Part shown: positions 16,538-31,334 of the stretch, in pieces
How the letters are laid out: every line of letters starts with the position of its first letter
Position numbering within the stretch: position 1 is the first letter of the stretch
Origin: Eledone cirrhosa
Taxonomy: Eukaryota
NCBI GenBank assembly: GCA_964016885.1
Contig: OZ024747.1
Location: forward strand, 91,574,001-91,638,000
Length of the DNA stretch: 64,000 bases
Direction: 5' to 3'
The notes under the pieces: model-generated
Told to the model about the DNA's origin: nothing
The model's input: only the letters and a program-made list of their open reading frames with translations
The model's database searches: none
Made by a program: the position numbers and the translations under genes

Positions 16538-16991
16538 GTAGTTTAGAAAGCCACAACAATGCAGAGGGAAATCTCGAGGTAGGAAGTGAATGATAGATAA
16601 GAGAAATAGGATAAAGTGAAAATTGAGAGAGACAAAGATGAAAACAAAACAAAGGTAGAAGGGTTACCGTAGTGGAGATTTAATCCCAATATTTCGGGCT
16701 CACGCCCATCAACGGGGGAAAGTTCCAAAAGGGGGGGGGGGAACAGGCTAAGCGGAGAAAGTTGTGATGTCGTTAAAACAGGAATGCCGTTCCCCCCCTT
16801 TTGGAACTTTCCCCCGTTGATGGGCGTGAGCCCGAAATATTGAGATTAAATCTCCACTACGGTAACCCTTCTACTTTTGTTTTGTTTTCATCTTTGTCTC
16901 TCTCAATTTTCACTTTATCCTATTTCTCTTATCTATCATTCACTTCCAACCTCGAGATTTCCCTCTGCATTGTTGTGGCTTTCTAAACTAC
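16538..16991. repeat. TA-embedded near-perfect inverted repeat (~205-bp arms, ~42-bp spacer)
   Basis: Arms 16538-16745 and 16788-16991; mirrored ORFs 16543..16728(-) and 16801..16986(+) differ by 2 aa. Confidence 0.95.
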
Positions 16992-17023
<32 letters not shown>

Positions 17024-17098
17024 ATGTATATGTATGTGTGTATATATATTTACACATGCCATTAAATCGATCTAAATTCCCCGCTATATATATGTATG

Positions 17099-17176
<78 letters not shown>

Positions 17177-18364
17177 AGTGTGTGTCTTTGTTTTGTACAG
17201 AAGACATACAGCTGTGAGTGTACACATATATATTTTATTTAGAGATCAAAACTTAAATCAGTAACTCGTCAGCCTAGAGTTTCACGCCTATTTACCTCAA
17301 ATCACAGCCAAATTTCTTAAAAAGAAAATATACGTTACCTAAAGTAATTTCTGATATACAAAAGGATTAATCCGTTTTTAATCTGTTGTATCCCCAGTCA
17401 GCAATGACCTGGGATTCGAATAACAGCATATAGTTTACTGAAAACGATTTTATACATATACACATAAATAACTGTCATTTTTCTCTCCTTTTTCCTCTAT
17501 TTTTATTCACAAATAATATATATGTACATATGTGCGTACATACGTATATATACATATACGTACGCATATACATACAAATGTACGCGTGCATACATACATT
17601 CATACATTCATACATTCATACATATATATATGATGGCTGCCCATTCTGCTAAGAATCACTTGTCAGGTTATAGAGTTCGGTGCACCTTTAGGCTACGGCC
17701 AGCCACACTAACCCCTAACAGATTCTGAACAAGCAATGCCTGTGTTTTGAAGGGTTTTTTAAAGTGGGAAAAGGCCTTGTACATACATTTATACATAGAT
17801 ATTGATATGCAAACGTACATAGATGTAAAGATGACCTCCAGAACTTATTTTTCTGTAATGGTGGACTTCCCTAGCTTCTGTGTTTCTAGACGTATCTCAT
17901 AATCAGCTGACCAATGGATGATAATTGTCAAGCCATCTCCACCAAAGTAGACTGCATATTGCCTCTCTGGTGCTCACTGTTGTTCCAACACCCTCTATAA
18001 GGTTAGAGCTTCGGGTTGCAAAACACGCCTTTACCTTGTGGCAGCATGAGGCCTAGAGGTTGTCTTTGGGAAGGAGTGACAGTGGACTAGCAGGGAATAT
18101 TGTCACACGGGGGATATTCATCATATGGGCTCTCTCTCTCTTTCTCGATCGATCGATCGAGAAAGAGAGAGATTTACATCTGATGACGTCACCACATGCC
18201 TTGCGTCATGGTCTGATGGCGTAAGCAGATCATAGAAATGTGTATTGTGATTTTTGCAGCAAAGGGATACTTGGAATACAGCCTTCAGTTTTTATTGTAT
18301 ATATATAATATATATATGTATATATACATATATGTATATATACATATATGTGTGTGTGTATCTC

Positions 18365-18740
<376 letters not shown>

Positions 18741-18754
18741 ATATATATATATAC

Positions 18755-18829
<75 letters not shown>

Positions 18830-18833
<4 letters not shown>

Positions 18834-20089
18834 AAATCAACGATGCTGGGTTTAAAATCACCTCTGATCTCAACATCCTGGACCGGACTGAACCTCTGGA
18901 CCCTATTTCTCCCCACTTTACTCTGAAGGATCACAAATCCAATTTTCCGAACAACCCCTCTATTCGGCTTATTAATCCTACGAAGTCCGATTTAGGTAGA
19001 CTTAGTAAAAGGATTCTTGATAGAATTATACCTGAAATTAGAAGTTTGGCCCCTCTTGCACTGTGGAACAATTCTTTCGCGGTGATTGATTGGTTCAACG
19101 GCATATACAACAAGGAACATTGCCGTTTTATCCAATTCGACATCAATAATTACTACTCCTCCATGGCTTTACCACTTCTCTTTAGAGCTATCCATTTCGC
19201 TAAAACACTCACAGTGGTTAAGGATTTCGAAGTTGATGTCATCCTCAATGCCCGTAAGTCGGTGATTAATTTCGACGACTCTATTTGGATTAAAACATCT
19301 AATAGTACCCCATTCGACGTGAGTATGGGCGCCAGCGATTCTGCGGAGGTTACTGATCTTATCGGCCTTTTCCTTCTTTTCTCTATCAAGGAAGAATTCC
19401 CCAACGTGGGCGGTGGTTTGTACCGTAATGATGGTCTTTTGACCATGACTAAGTGCGGCCCACGTGCTTGCGACAGGTTCAGAAAAGAACTAACAGCCTT
19501 CTTTAAAGGCTTCAACCTCTCCATACAGGTTGAGGCCAACTTCTCGGTCGTTAATTACCTCGACGTTACCCTCAATTTATCGAATGGCTTGCATTACCCG
19601 TATAGAAAGCCGAATGATACGCTTAATTACATAAGTAAGCATTCTAACCATCCTGGCAGCATAACCAAGAACCTGATAAGAAACGTTTCTTTGAGGCTTT
19701 CCCGTCTATCTACTAACGAGCATATTTTCAACGACCATTCCACATATTACAATGAAGCTCTTGCTCGGAGTGGATTTGTCGATAAGGTAGCATATACAGA
19801 GTACGAGAATAGACCTAGAAGAAATAGATCCCAACGCATTATATGGTATAACCCACCATATAATATGGAGGTGGCCACACCATTAGCTAAGATCTTTCTC
19901 TCCCTTATTATGAAGCATTTTCCCCCTACACATAAATATAGTAAAATTTTTAATAGAAATGCTATTAAAATTTCTTACTCTACGACTCCTAACCTTGCAC
20001 ATAAAATCACAGCTTCAAATTTAGCTAAACTACCTAGCCGTAGGAACACGTGCAACCCTGTAGTTAGTACTAACTGTAATTGTAGGAAT
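18830..20089 (+). mobile_element. Penelope-like element (Naiad-type) reverse transcriptase, 5'-truncated, endonuclease deleted
   Basis: ~420 open codons: [73 protein letters not shown]; ends at CNCR of the CxCx5C linker. The ORF track's N-terminus is SINE/(TA)n artefact. Confidence 0.92.
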
Positions 20090-20369
20090 GTTATAGCGTA
20101 TATATTATTTTTTCTGGTACATATGCTTTTGGTTATGTGTATACGTGAGTTTTGCGTCTGTGTGAGTATGCGGGTTCGTACGTATGTAGGGTGTGTGTAT
20201 ATGTGTACTTCGTGTTTTGGTTGACGTACGTCTCCGAACATAAGTGTATTTACATGTAGGTATGTGTGTGCGCTTGTTATATACGTATTTATTTATTTAT
20301 ATACGTTTATTTAATTATATGTGTACACACACACACACACACACACGCATATATATATATATGAATATG

Positions 20370-20523
20370 TGTAAGAATATTTTCGAAACAGCGAGAGGGT
20401 TTGAAATTATTAGAAATGTAAGCTATCGCCGTATTTTGACTAAAGAAATTAAAGAAATTATTTAGCCTGATAGTGGGGTTAAGAACCCTCGTAGAAATGG
20501 AAAAAGATGAGTATTGACGTACA
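20370..20523. mobile_element. Short TA-associated repeat nested in the PLE 3' region
   Basis: Nearly identical to 53170-53275 and, reversed, to 53276-53416. Confidence 0.75.
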
Positions 20524-20739
20524 TATATATATTTTTTTAATATATATTTTTATGTGTATTTGGTGTATACATTCGTATGCGTGCGGGTACAGGCGTTGCG
20601 TGGGTTCTGTATGTGCGTGCGGTTTTTTTTTTGGGGGGGGGGGGGGTACGTGCGTGTATTTGTATACCTATGGCGAGTGTTTTCGCGTATGCTTGTGTAT
20701 GTACGTATATGGATGCGTGTATGTATTTAGTTAATTTCA

Positions 20740-21323
20740 TTTACCTCTGTATTTTATTTACTTTATACTTAACTCTGAAGCAGAGAATCATTCGGTTTCC
20801 TAGTTAGAATTTTAGTCTACGACTTCAGTTATACCATTTACGTGGTTTTGTCTTTGCGTGCAATTGTTCTCCCCGGTCTACATATGACGTATTATCTTCG
20901 TTTTTTTTTCGTTCATTGCCAGAGAACGTCTCTATGAACCACCTAAGAGAATATTAGTCTACGACTTCTTTTATACCATAAACGTGGTTTTGTCTTAACG
21001 TGTAATTGTTTTTCACCGCTCCAAATAATTACGTATTATATTCGTTTTTTCCCGTTCTTTGCCAGGGAACGTTTCCACGAACCAAAGTATCGTCTTCCTG
21101 TCTTCCTCCGGTTGCAACGTTTTTTGAAATATTCACTTCTGCGTTCACAGATTGACTTTGTTAGTTTCAGAAGATCCCGTTAAGGGTGAAAGCAGCGATT
21201 CTTTGCTTAAACTTTAATCTGTTATTTTAATAAATATTTGCTCTACGGTTCTTATATATTTGATATATATTTATCCTTATCGAGCCCTCTTTGGATTTTA
21301 TTCTTCAAATTTATTATTATTAC
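20740..21323 (+). mobile_element. PLE 3' UTR / pseudo-LTR with ~140-bp tandem duplication, HHR and tail
   Basis: 20805-20945 repeats at 20946-21085; aataaa; tail recurs at 21500-21575 and 30043-30131; diverged inverted copy at 21822-22110. Confidence 0.7.
21163..21213 (+). ncRNA. Hammerhead ribozyme variant (CAGAAGA core)
   Basis: agttt-CAGAAGA-tccc gttaa gggt-GAAA-gca..tgc-TT-aaact. Confidence 0.7.
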
Positions 21324-21382
21324 TATATATATATATATATATTTAAAAACGACGAAGTGTTAGGTCTTCATTCCGTTTATTG

Positions 21383-21472
21383 AGTAGTAACGCGGGTTTC
21401 GGGATTGATCAGCTCAAGGTTCGATCTGTATCGATCTGGCCCGACTCTGGAATCAAAAGCGCGTCGGACTTT
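21383..21472 (-). ncRNA. Decayed family A hammerhead
   Basis: Minus: CCGACGC-gcttttgattccagag...gagctgatcaatccc-GAAAC-ccgc-GTT-actac; homologous to 47928-48016. Confidence 0.55.
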
Positions 21473-21571
21473 TGTTATGGCAATGACTACATATATATAT
21501 ATTTTAATAAATATTTGCTCTAGGGTTCTTATATATTTGATATACATTTATCCTTATCGAGCCCTTATCAT

Positions 21572-21609
<38 letters not shown>

Positions 21610-22269
21610 TATATAAATTAGAAGTGGTCGGACGTTGTATATTTAAGTAAGTAGGTGTAGTCGGATAAACGTCGAAACGGCTTGGTGGAATGCAGCGAAA
21701 ATTAACACACTTATGCAGAATGACCTGAAGAGGCGTTGGGTCGACTTTTAGGGTACAAGCTTCCATGGATACGGAGAAAATCGATGAAACAAAAATTTCC
21801 CATTCAAATTGAACTGAGAGTAATCTGTGAACGCAGAAGTCAATATTTCGAGAAACGTTCCAACAGAACGAAAACAGAAAGACGATATTTTAGTTCGTGA
21901 AGACGTTCCCTGGCAATGAACGGGAAAAAAAGCGAGGATAATACGTCGTTATCTGGAACGAGAAGAACAATTTCATGCAAAGACAAGACCAAGTTTATGG
22001 TATAAATGGAGTCGTTAGACTAATATTCTATTTAACATAACAGAATGATTTCCAGCCCCGGAGTTTAAGAATGATGTAAATAAAATTAAAAACGAAAATG
22101 ACAGAGGTTATTAAAATAGTAAAAGTAAATAGTGAAGATTTAGGCCAGTACATACGTATGCCCCGACGGACATACACATACATACGCACACACAAATATA
22201 TACCCCCCCCCCCAACACAAACACACACACACACACACACACAAACACACACGAGCGCGCGCGTGTATA

Positions 22270-22698
22270 AACCTTATGCATTTCTAGAGTATTTTCACCA
22301 AACTTAAGACATAGGCTACTTATGTACTCCGGATGGTCATGGCACTTTCATTTTTACAGATATTGATTATAGGGCCTCCCGGCAGATAACCCCCTTTAAC
22401 CACTTCCTTGGAGTCGACTGAAGAACTACAGTGCAATGCAACAGAACGTCATAACTTCTAGAGTTCGCAACCGATTTTCACAAAACTTGACACATGGGCT
22501 ACGTTTGTCCTACAGATGAATGTGAACTCTCAGAATTGGCACATATTGAGTAGGGGACCCCTGGGGGCAGGAACCCCCATTTGGAAAAAGCCGATGATTT
22601 TGTAAAAGTATAGTTTTCGAAGTAGCACTGAAGTATTGACGTAAATGATATACACAACTGCTATTTAATACCCGAGCAACGCCGGGTACCTCTGCTAG
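22270..22698 (+). mobile_element. Non-autonomous Helitron-like element (3' end clear, 5' end approximate)
   Basis: Hairpin acccgagcaacgccgggt followed 7 nt later by CTAG|t. Confidence 0.65.
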
Positions 22699-22836
22699 TA
22701 TATATATATATATAACGTACACACACACAAATACATAGTTATAGATGCATAAGTATTTATAATCATATATGTAGATACCAGATAAACATATTTACCCACA
22801 CATTGATACACACATAGACACGAACACATCCATAGC

Positions 22837-23237
<401 letters not shown>

Positions 23238-23241
<4 letters not shown>

Positions 23242-23450
23242 TAAAATATAGAGAAAAATACTGCAGGTAGCACATGGTAACATGTAATAAAATACGTCCC
23301 TCATCAGTGATTTGCCGAAGATCATAGATATTTCATTGCATTAAAAATCATATATCTCACTTCGCACCGAAGTGAGATATATGATTTTTAATGCAATGAA
23401 ATATCTATGATCTTCGGCAAATCACTGATGATGGTCGTATTTTATTACAT
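23238..23450. mobile_element. TA-embedded fold-back element
   Basis: Palindrome 23282-23450 with 3-nt loop; non-palindromic relative at 53030-53150. Confidence 0.8.
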
Positions 23451-23472
23451 ATATATATATATATATATATAT

Positions 23473-23511
<39 letters not shown>

Positions 23512-23539
23512 TGGTAACACAACAGTTAGTTCACCATAC

Positions 23540-23577
23540 CGAGAACAATTGTTTCACCTTAGCGGATCCTCAGCTTG
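23540..23577 (-). ncRNA. Minimal hammerhead ribozyme
   Basis: Minus: caag-CTGAGGA-tcc gctaa ggt-GAAAC-aatt-GTT-ctcg; palindromic stem III acaattgt; weak stem I. Confidence 0.7.
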
Positions 23578-23655
23578 TAATGGTAATGGTTATACGGTAA
23601 CTCGTCCCATGGACTGAGTGCTCTACCACTGCGGATATTACCTTCCAGTGTTCTG

Positions 23656-23950
<295 letters not shown>

Positions 23951-24155
23951 TATATATATATACATACATATATTGGGACATATATGCAAATAGGGAAGAA
24001 TATACATAGAAATGTCATATTCTCCCGAACACATCAGCTAACAGTTAACCACACATTCACTAACACACTGTTCCAGACTCTCATATACACAGAGGTTTGA
24101 ATACTGATCTAAACACAATACACACCTATAAATCGGCAGATACCCCAAACTATAC

Positions 24156-24208
<53 letters not shown>

Positions 24209-24949
24209 GCACACACACATACGCACACACACATACACACACACACACACATACATACATACACACAAACACACATACATATACACAGACATACACATAC
24301 ACACATACACACACACAGTGCAATATAAACACCGCACAAATGCAGACACACAAACAAACGTACAGTACTTATACAAAGATAACCACCGGTCTACACACGA
24401 CGACACCTGCCCTCACACTCACACACCCTCACACACACACACACACACACACACACGGTCACCCTCACACCCTCACACACACACACACCCTTACACACAC
24501 ACACAGGCTCCTACTTGCTCTTTCTCCCCTACCCCTGCTCTCTCTTTCTATAAGGTACCCACACGACAGAACATACAAACACACACACCCCACACATACA
24601 CACACAACCACACACACACACTATGGCACACACCTACTCACACCTATGTACAATAATATACACATACATGTATATACGCCTACCTGCCTTAGCAAGCATA
24701 TACACATGTGAAGACAATCAGATTTACCGACTCAAACACACACGCACAGAAAACCACACATAAACACATACATAAAGATCTTTACCAACACACTTTTGTC
24801 TTCTTTTTCTTTTTCTTTTCTTTTTTTTCTACTTTTTCCTCTTCTTTCTCTTCTTTCTTTTTCTTCTTTTTCTTCTTTTTGTCTTTTTCTTTTTTTCTTT
24901 TTCCCCTTTCTCTCCTTCTTTTTCTCCTTTTTCTTCTTCTACCAACGCT

Positions 24950-25460
<511 letters not shown>

Positions 25461-26229
25461 ATGGCCAGACATGTTTGTCAAGTCATGAGCACACACAGAG
25501 AACGAACACACAGACAAGCCTCATGCAGTGACATGTTTCCAGTCGAAATATTTTAGGATGGACACTGTATTACTCACACACACATGCACACACACACACA
25601 GACACATAAACACACACATGCACACACACACATGCATACACACACACAGACACATAAACACACAGACACATAAACACACACATGCACACACACACACACA
25701 CAGACACATAAACACACAGACACATAAACACACACATGCACACACACATGCACACAGACACATAAACACACATGCACACACACACATGCACACACACAGA
25801 CACATAAACACACAGACACATAAACAAACATGTGCATACACACATGCAGATAAACACACACACACACTTACACATAAACACACACACACACATGCACATA
25901 AACACACACATGCACATAAACACGCACACAAATGCACACACCCATACACATACACACATGCAACATTAACACACTTACACATAAACACACACTCACATAC
26001 ACACATGCACATAGACACACACTTACACTCACACATAAACACTTACACATAAACACACATACACACTTACATAGACGTACACAACGATACCCATACATGC
26101 TTTCAAGTATATAAATATATGCTCTAACATGAGTCCATCATACCCTTATACATACACGCACACACACACACACATACACACACATACACACACACGCAAA
26201 TGCACACACGCACACACATACACATACAG

Positions 26230-26355
26230 ACAGACAAACTTTTACTCATATATTCAGACATATACTTTACTTTATACACCACCGAACTACACACACTTCC
26301 ATGACATGGAGAGCTACACACGGTGTAACCCCCCCCCACACACCACACACACATT

Positions 26356-26389
<34 letters not shown>

Positions 26390-26506
26390 TGCACACACAC
26401 ACACACACAGACCTTCGCTCATGTACTCAGACATATACATAGGTTTCTACACCACCGTACTATACACACTTCCACACTATGGACAGCGACACAGTGTTGA
26501 ACACAG

Positions 26507-26540
<34 letters not shown>

Positions 26541-26910
26541 AAACACATACACACACACACACACACACACTCAGATACACACAGAAACACACACACACAC
26601 ATGCACACAAATACACACAGACAGACCTTTGCACATATACTCAGACATATACACAGGTTTCTACACCACCGTACTATACACACTTCCACACTATGTACAG
26701 CGACACAGTGTTGAACACACAGACACACACACAGACACACACACGCAGACACACACACATACACGCACACACACACATGCACACACACACACACACACAC
26801 AGAGACCTTCGCTCATATACTCAGACATATACATAGGTTTCTACACCACCGCACTATACACACTTCCACACTATGTACAGCGACACAGTGTTGAACACAC
26901 AGACACAAAT
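26230..26910. repeat. ~180-220 bp tandem repeat (3-4 copies) with (CA)n spacers
   Basis: Unit actcagacatatacataggtttctacaccaccgtactatacacacttccacactatg..cagcgacacagtgttgaacacagac. Confidence 0.85.
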
Positions 26911-27195
26911 ATATGTAATATAATGCAGACTAGCATTGATATACACCAGTACACTCTTGCACATAAATATACATTGATATGGACAAACACACACTCTCCT
27001 TCACACAAAGCCACTGACACAATCAACCATACTTGCATAGACAGCGAGCAGGGACAATAACAATATAGGACATCTTCTCTCTCTCTCTCTCGCTCTCGCT
27101 CTCTGTCTCTGTCTCTCTGTCTCTCTCTCTCTATCTGCCTCTGTCTCTCTCTCTCTTTCTTTCTGTCTCTCTCTCTTTCTCGCTCTTTCTCTCTG

Positions 27196-27226
<31 letters not shown>

Positions 27227-27284
27227 TTCTCTCTCTTTCTCTCTCTATGTATAAGTGTCTCTCTCACACACACACACACACACA

Positions 27285-27337
<53 letters not shown>

Positions 27338-27677
27338 TTTCTCTCTGACTCTCTCTCTCTCACTCAATCCCATCTCTCTCACACTCACAGACACACAGAC
27401 ACACAGGCTAGCATGTACAGACATACTTATACAGCCAAGTCGATGAACACAGACAGTAATACAAAGGAGGGTATTTCCTCATAAACACACACAGACACAG
27501 TCTGAAAAACATACACTAAGGCATACAAACATGATGCATGTATATATATGAAGTATGTATGTGTGCAAGTATGTATGTATGTATATATGTGTGTATGTAT
27601 GCAAGCAAGTATACATGCAAGTATGTCTGTATGTAATTATGTATGTATGTATGCATGCAAGTATGTATGCAATTATG

Positions 27678-27711
<34 letters not shown>

Positions 27712-28159
27712 TGTATGTATGTATGTATGTATGTATGTATGTATGTGAGGGGACATAGAAATATTCGGTTTGGTGCCGGGTTAACCTGCCATGAGTAAGA
27801 AACCCAAAGGCCTTGTTAGGTCATCATTCTAGGAGAAGGAAACCCCTGATGTAAAACCTGCGACTAGGTGGCAGTCAATGATGTTGAACTGTTGGTCTTT
27901 TTTAGATACCTGACATAGTTGTTCAGAGAGTGGGATTGGTTCAGTGCAAGGCCTTTATTCACTTCAAGTACAGACATTACTTGATCTAAATGACTTTCAT
28001 GTGCTGCGTCACCATGGCCAATTCATTTTTTCTTTCGCTATAGCATATACAGAAAGGAATCTAAGTCCTAAAATGTCATGTTCGTGCCAACCATATATGA
28101 GAAAAAGGTAAAGGAATGGCAATTCTTGAATCTGAGATACAGCCATTATGTATGTGTCG

Positions 28160-28720
28160 CGAATTGACAGTATCGGTAGAGGGTCTGACGCCATGCTTTC
28201 TAGCATAGTTACGTCCCTTTACAGTCTGAGTTTAAATCCCGTCGAGGTTAACTTTGCCTTTCATCCTTACGGGGTCGATAAAATAAAGTGCCAGTAATGT
28301 ACTGGTTAATTGCTGGCCTTGTGACAAAAGTAGAAACAATTATTTATGTACGTAACTGTTTGCTGCAAAGCATGGCGTTCGGTAGAGGGTCGGACACCAT
28401 GCTTTGCAGCAAAGAGTTACGCCCCTTTACGCTCTGAGTTCAAATCCCGCCGAGGTTAACTTTACCTTTCATCCTTACGGGGCCGATAAAATAAAGTACC
28501 AGTAATGCACTGGGATAATTGCTGGCCTTGTGGCAAAAGTAGAAACAAATTTTGTATGTAATGTAATGTATGCGGCGAATTGGCAGTCGTTAAGACGTCA
28601 AATAGAATGCTTTACGGTATTAGTTCCACCTTGTGCGCTCTGTTCAAATCCCACCGTGATCAACTTTGCTTTTCGTCCTTTTGAGGTTGATAGAAAAATA
28701 CCAGTCCAGTACTGGGGTAG
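28160..28720 (+). mobile_element. Cluster of three tRNA-derived SINE copies
   Basis: Copies at ~28160-28345, 28380-28550 and 28573-28720. Confidence 0.8.
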
Positions 28721-28944
28721 ATTCTTCCTCCATAAAATACATCAGCTATGTTCAGACCTGGAGATGGTTGGGCTCCGCCAGGTTTAAAAGTGCCCTACAC
28801 GCCGAATGACGGTGCCTCTACGACTCCACAAGGAGTTATGGGATCATTATCCGTTTTATGCATGTATACATATATACATATATATATGTATACATATATA
28901 TATGCATGCAAGCATGTATATATGTATGTAGAGATATGAAATCT

Positions 28945-29660
28945 TATGTTGGACAATGGTTAAGAAACATTCAAGAGACACGGTGGAGTATCAGGGCTGA
29001 CGAAATTTAATCTGCCTCCAATACCAACAACACTAAGCTGTTGTATAATCCCCTTCGTCAGATCTAGGCATTCATTTTCTCCTGTTGTACCATTACGCAC
29101 TAAACACAGAAAATCTCTTCACAGACAACCAAAAAACTTCTAAATCAATCTACAGATATCAATAAGGTGTTTCTTGAATCAATACCCTGCAGATCTGTCA
29201 AAGATGCTGTGGCAGAGGTTCCTAAATGAAATATATCGAGGCCGTTGACCAGAAACTTAACAGTGGCAAGTCCTCCGTACGGATGGCTTGTTTGCAAAAT
29301 ATTTTAACTGTGGAAATGAAAACTTAATGCGTTTCCTTGCCTGGACTGAAATGTTGCTTTTATGTTTGTCTTGTATAAGGGAAAGACTAGAAAGGATTAT
29401 TTTAGCACCTATAGTGGGATAGCGCTGCTGTCAGCTGCTGGAAAGATTATATGAATGGTTATTCTTGACAACTTATGTTACATATTGCTGACGAAGTCCT
29501 TTCAGAATCCCAATGTGGTTTAAGACAGAGTAGAGCAACAGAGTACATGATATTTTCGGCTAGATATCTTCAAAGTCTATGAAACAAAGAGTAGCACAAT
29601 TTTAAGTGTTCATTTGACACAGTTAATGGAGCAGCTCTTTGCAAAATACTTAGAATGGCT
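28945..29660 (+). mobile_element. Decayed RTE-clade LINE RT N-terminal region
   Basis: YSGIALLSAAGKI, EVLSESQCGLRQSRATEYMIFSARYLQ. Confidence 0.8.
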
Positions 29661-29759
29661 GTCGGGGCAGATGTGATGAAAGCCTGGGTGGATTAAATGA
29701 AAAGAAAACAATGCAAACAACACATAAACAATGAGGAAATATTAGTTTAATGCTTGATT

Positions 29760-30127
29760 TAGCCAGTGCCAATCCACCCGAATAAAATGTTTTCTATTTT
29801 ATGGAGTGAGTTGGGAGTCGATGAAGCCGATACAATATTTGATTGGCACTTTAATTTATCGATCCCCGAATGACGAAAAGTAAAGTTGACGTCGGTGGGA
29901 CTTGACCTAGAAACGTAGAGTATCAAGAAATGCTGCAATGCATTTTGTCTGATTAATAATAATAATATGTATATATGTATATATTCATGCATGTATATGT
30001 AGGCATGTGTATATATAAATCTGTCGATATATATATATATATATTTGCTCTACGGTTCTTATATATTTGATATATATTTATCCTTATCGAGCCCTCTTTG
30101 GATTTTAGTCTTCAAATTTATTATTAT

Positions 30128-30193
<66 letters not shown>

Positions 30194-30458
30194 ACAGATT
30201 TATATATACACATGCCTACATATACATGCATGAATATATACATATATACATATTATTATTATTAATCAGACAAAATGCATTGCAGCATTTCTTGATACTC
30301 TACGTTTCTAGGTCAAGTCCCACCGACGTCAACTTTACTTTTCGTCATTCGGGGATCGATAAATTAAAGTGCCAATCAAATATTGTATCGGCTTGATCGA
30401 CTCCCATCTCACCCCATAAAATAGAAAACATTTTATTCGGGTGGATTGGCACTGGCTA
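29760..30458. repeat. ~270-bp inverted duplication around a PLE tail insertion
   Basis: 29760-30030 mirrors 30188-30458; spacer is (TA)n + 30043-30131 (copy of 21235-21323) + (TA)n. Confidence 0.9.
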
Positions 30459-30655
30459 CATTCTTTGGTGTATTAGTTACTTTTTTACGTTGTGAGTTCA
30501 AATTCTGACACATTCATTCATCTATAAAACACACACGCACGACACGCGCACACATACACACGCACACATACACACACATAACACACACTGACGCATACAT
30601 ACACATACGCACTCATACTCACACACACACAACACACAATACACATGATACTCCA

Positions 30656-30687
<32 letters not shown>

Positions 30688-30705
30688 GCACAGAACATAC
30701 ACGAA

Positions 30706-30752
<47 letters not shown>

Positions 30753-31122
30753 CACGCAAACATTTTGACTAACATCCAAATTGTTAAACATAGATATTAC
30801 ACAACCAGAGACTTTACACAACAGCTGCATCGACACATCCAAATACATGTATAATGTAACAACACACATTTTAAGTAATCGTTATAGTATACGTATGATG
30901 ATGTGTTTAGTTATATCTATGATCGGGTTCTCACCTCTATATGTGTCTGTGTGTGCGATATCTTCCACTTTCTCAGTCTTACATTTTCAGCTCATTTTCT
31001 CATCGCATTCTTTCGCCCTTTTTTTAATAAGCCCCGCTTCATTCTTCTCTGTCTATGTCCCCCACCCTTTCTTTCTCTCTCATTATCACACTATTAACTT
31101 CCGTTCTCTGTCATTTATTATA

Positions 31123-31328
31123 CAGGGTGAGCATAAAATCTTCCCCTGGTTATAAAATACCTTATCTCCAGATATAACCTTTTCTTCGTTTTAATTTATA
31201 AATTTCAAGTTTGAAGTTTTTCTGAACATGTTTTACATTTTCTCTTCTACTGGAAGTAGTTGTAATTTTCAGTAACAAAACGGCATCACTGAAAAAGTTC
31301 AATGTGGAAAGACTTAATGCTTTCCCTG
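31123..31328. mobile_element. Tc1/mariner-type MITE
   Basis: ta|cagggtgagcataaaatcttcc ... ggaaagacttaatgctttccctg|ta. Confidence 0.7.
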
Positions 31329-31334
31329 TATATT

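Noticed and set aside
18176-18242. HHR at acat-CTGATGA-cgtca
   Set aside because: No GAAA after the candidate stem II and no NUH register.
21666-21737. Permuted HHR (aacgtc-GAAAC ... CTGAAGA-ggcgtt)
   Set aside because: Stem II could pair but stems I/III and a cleavage triplet cannot be formed.
26230-26910. CRISPR-like repeat-spacer array
   Set aside because: Eukaryotic context, long units, spacers are (CA)n, no cas genes.
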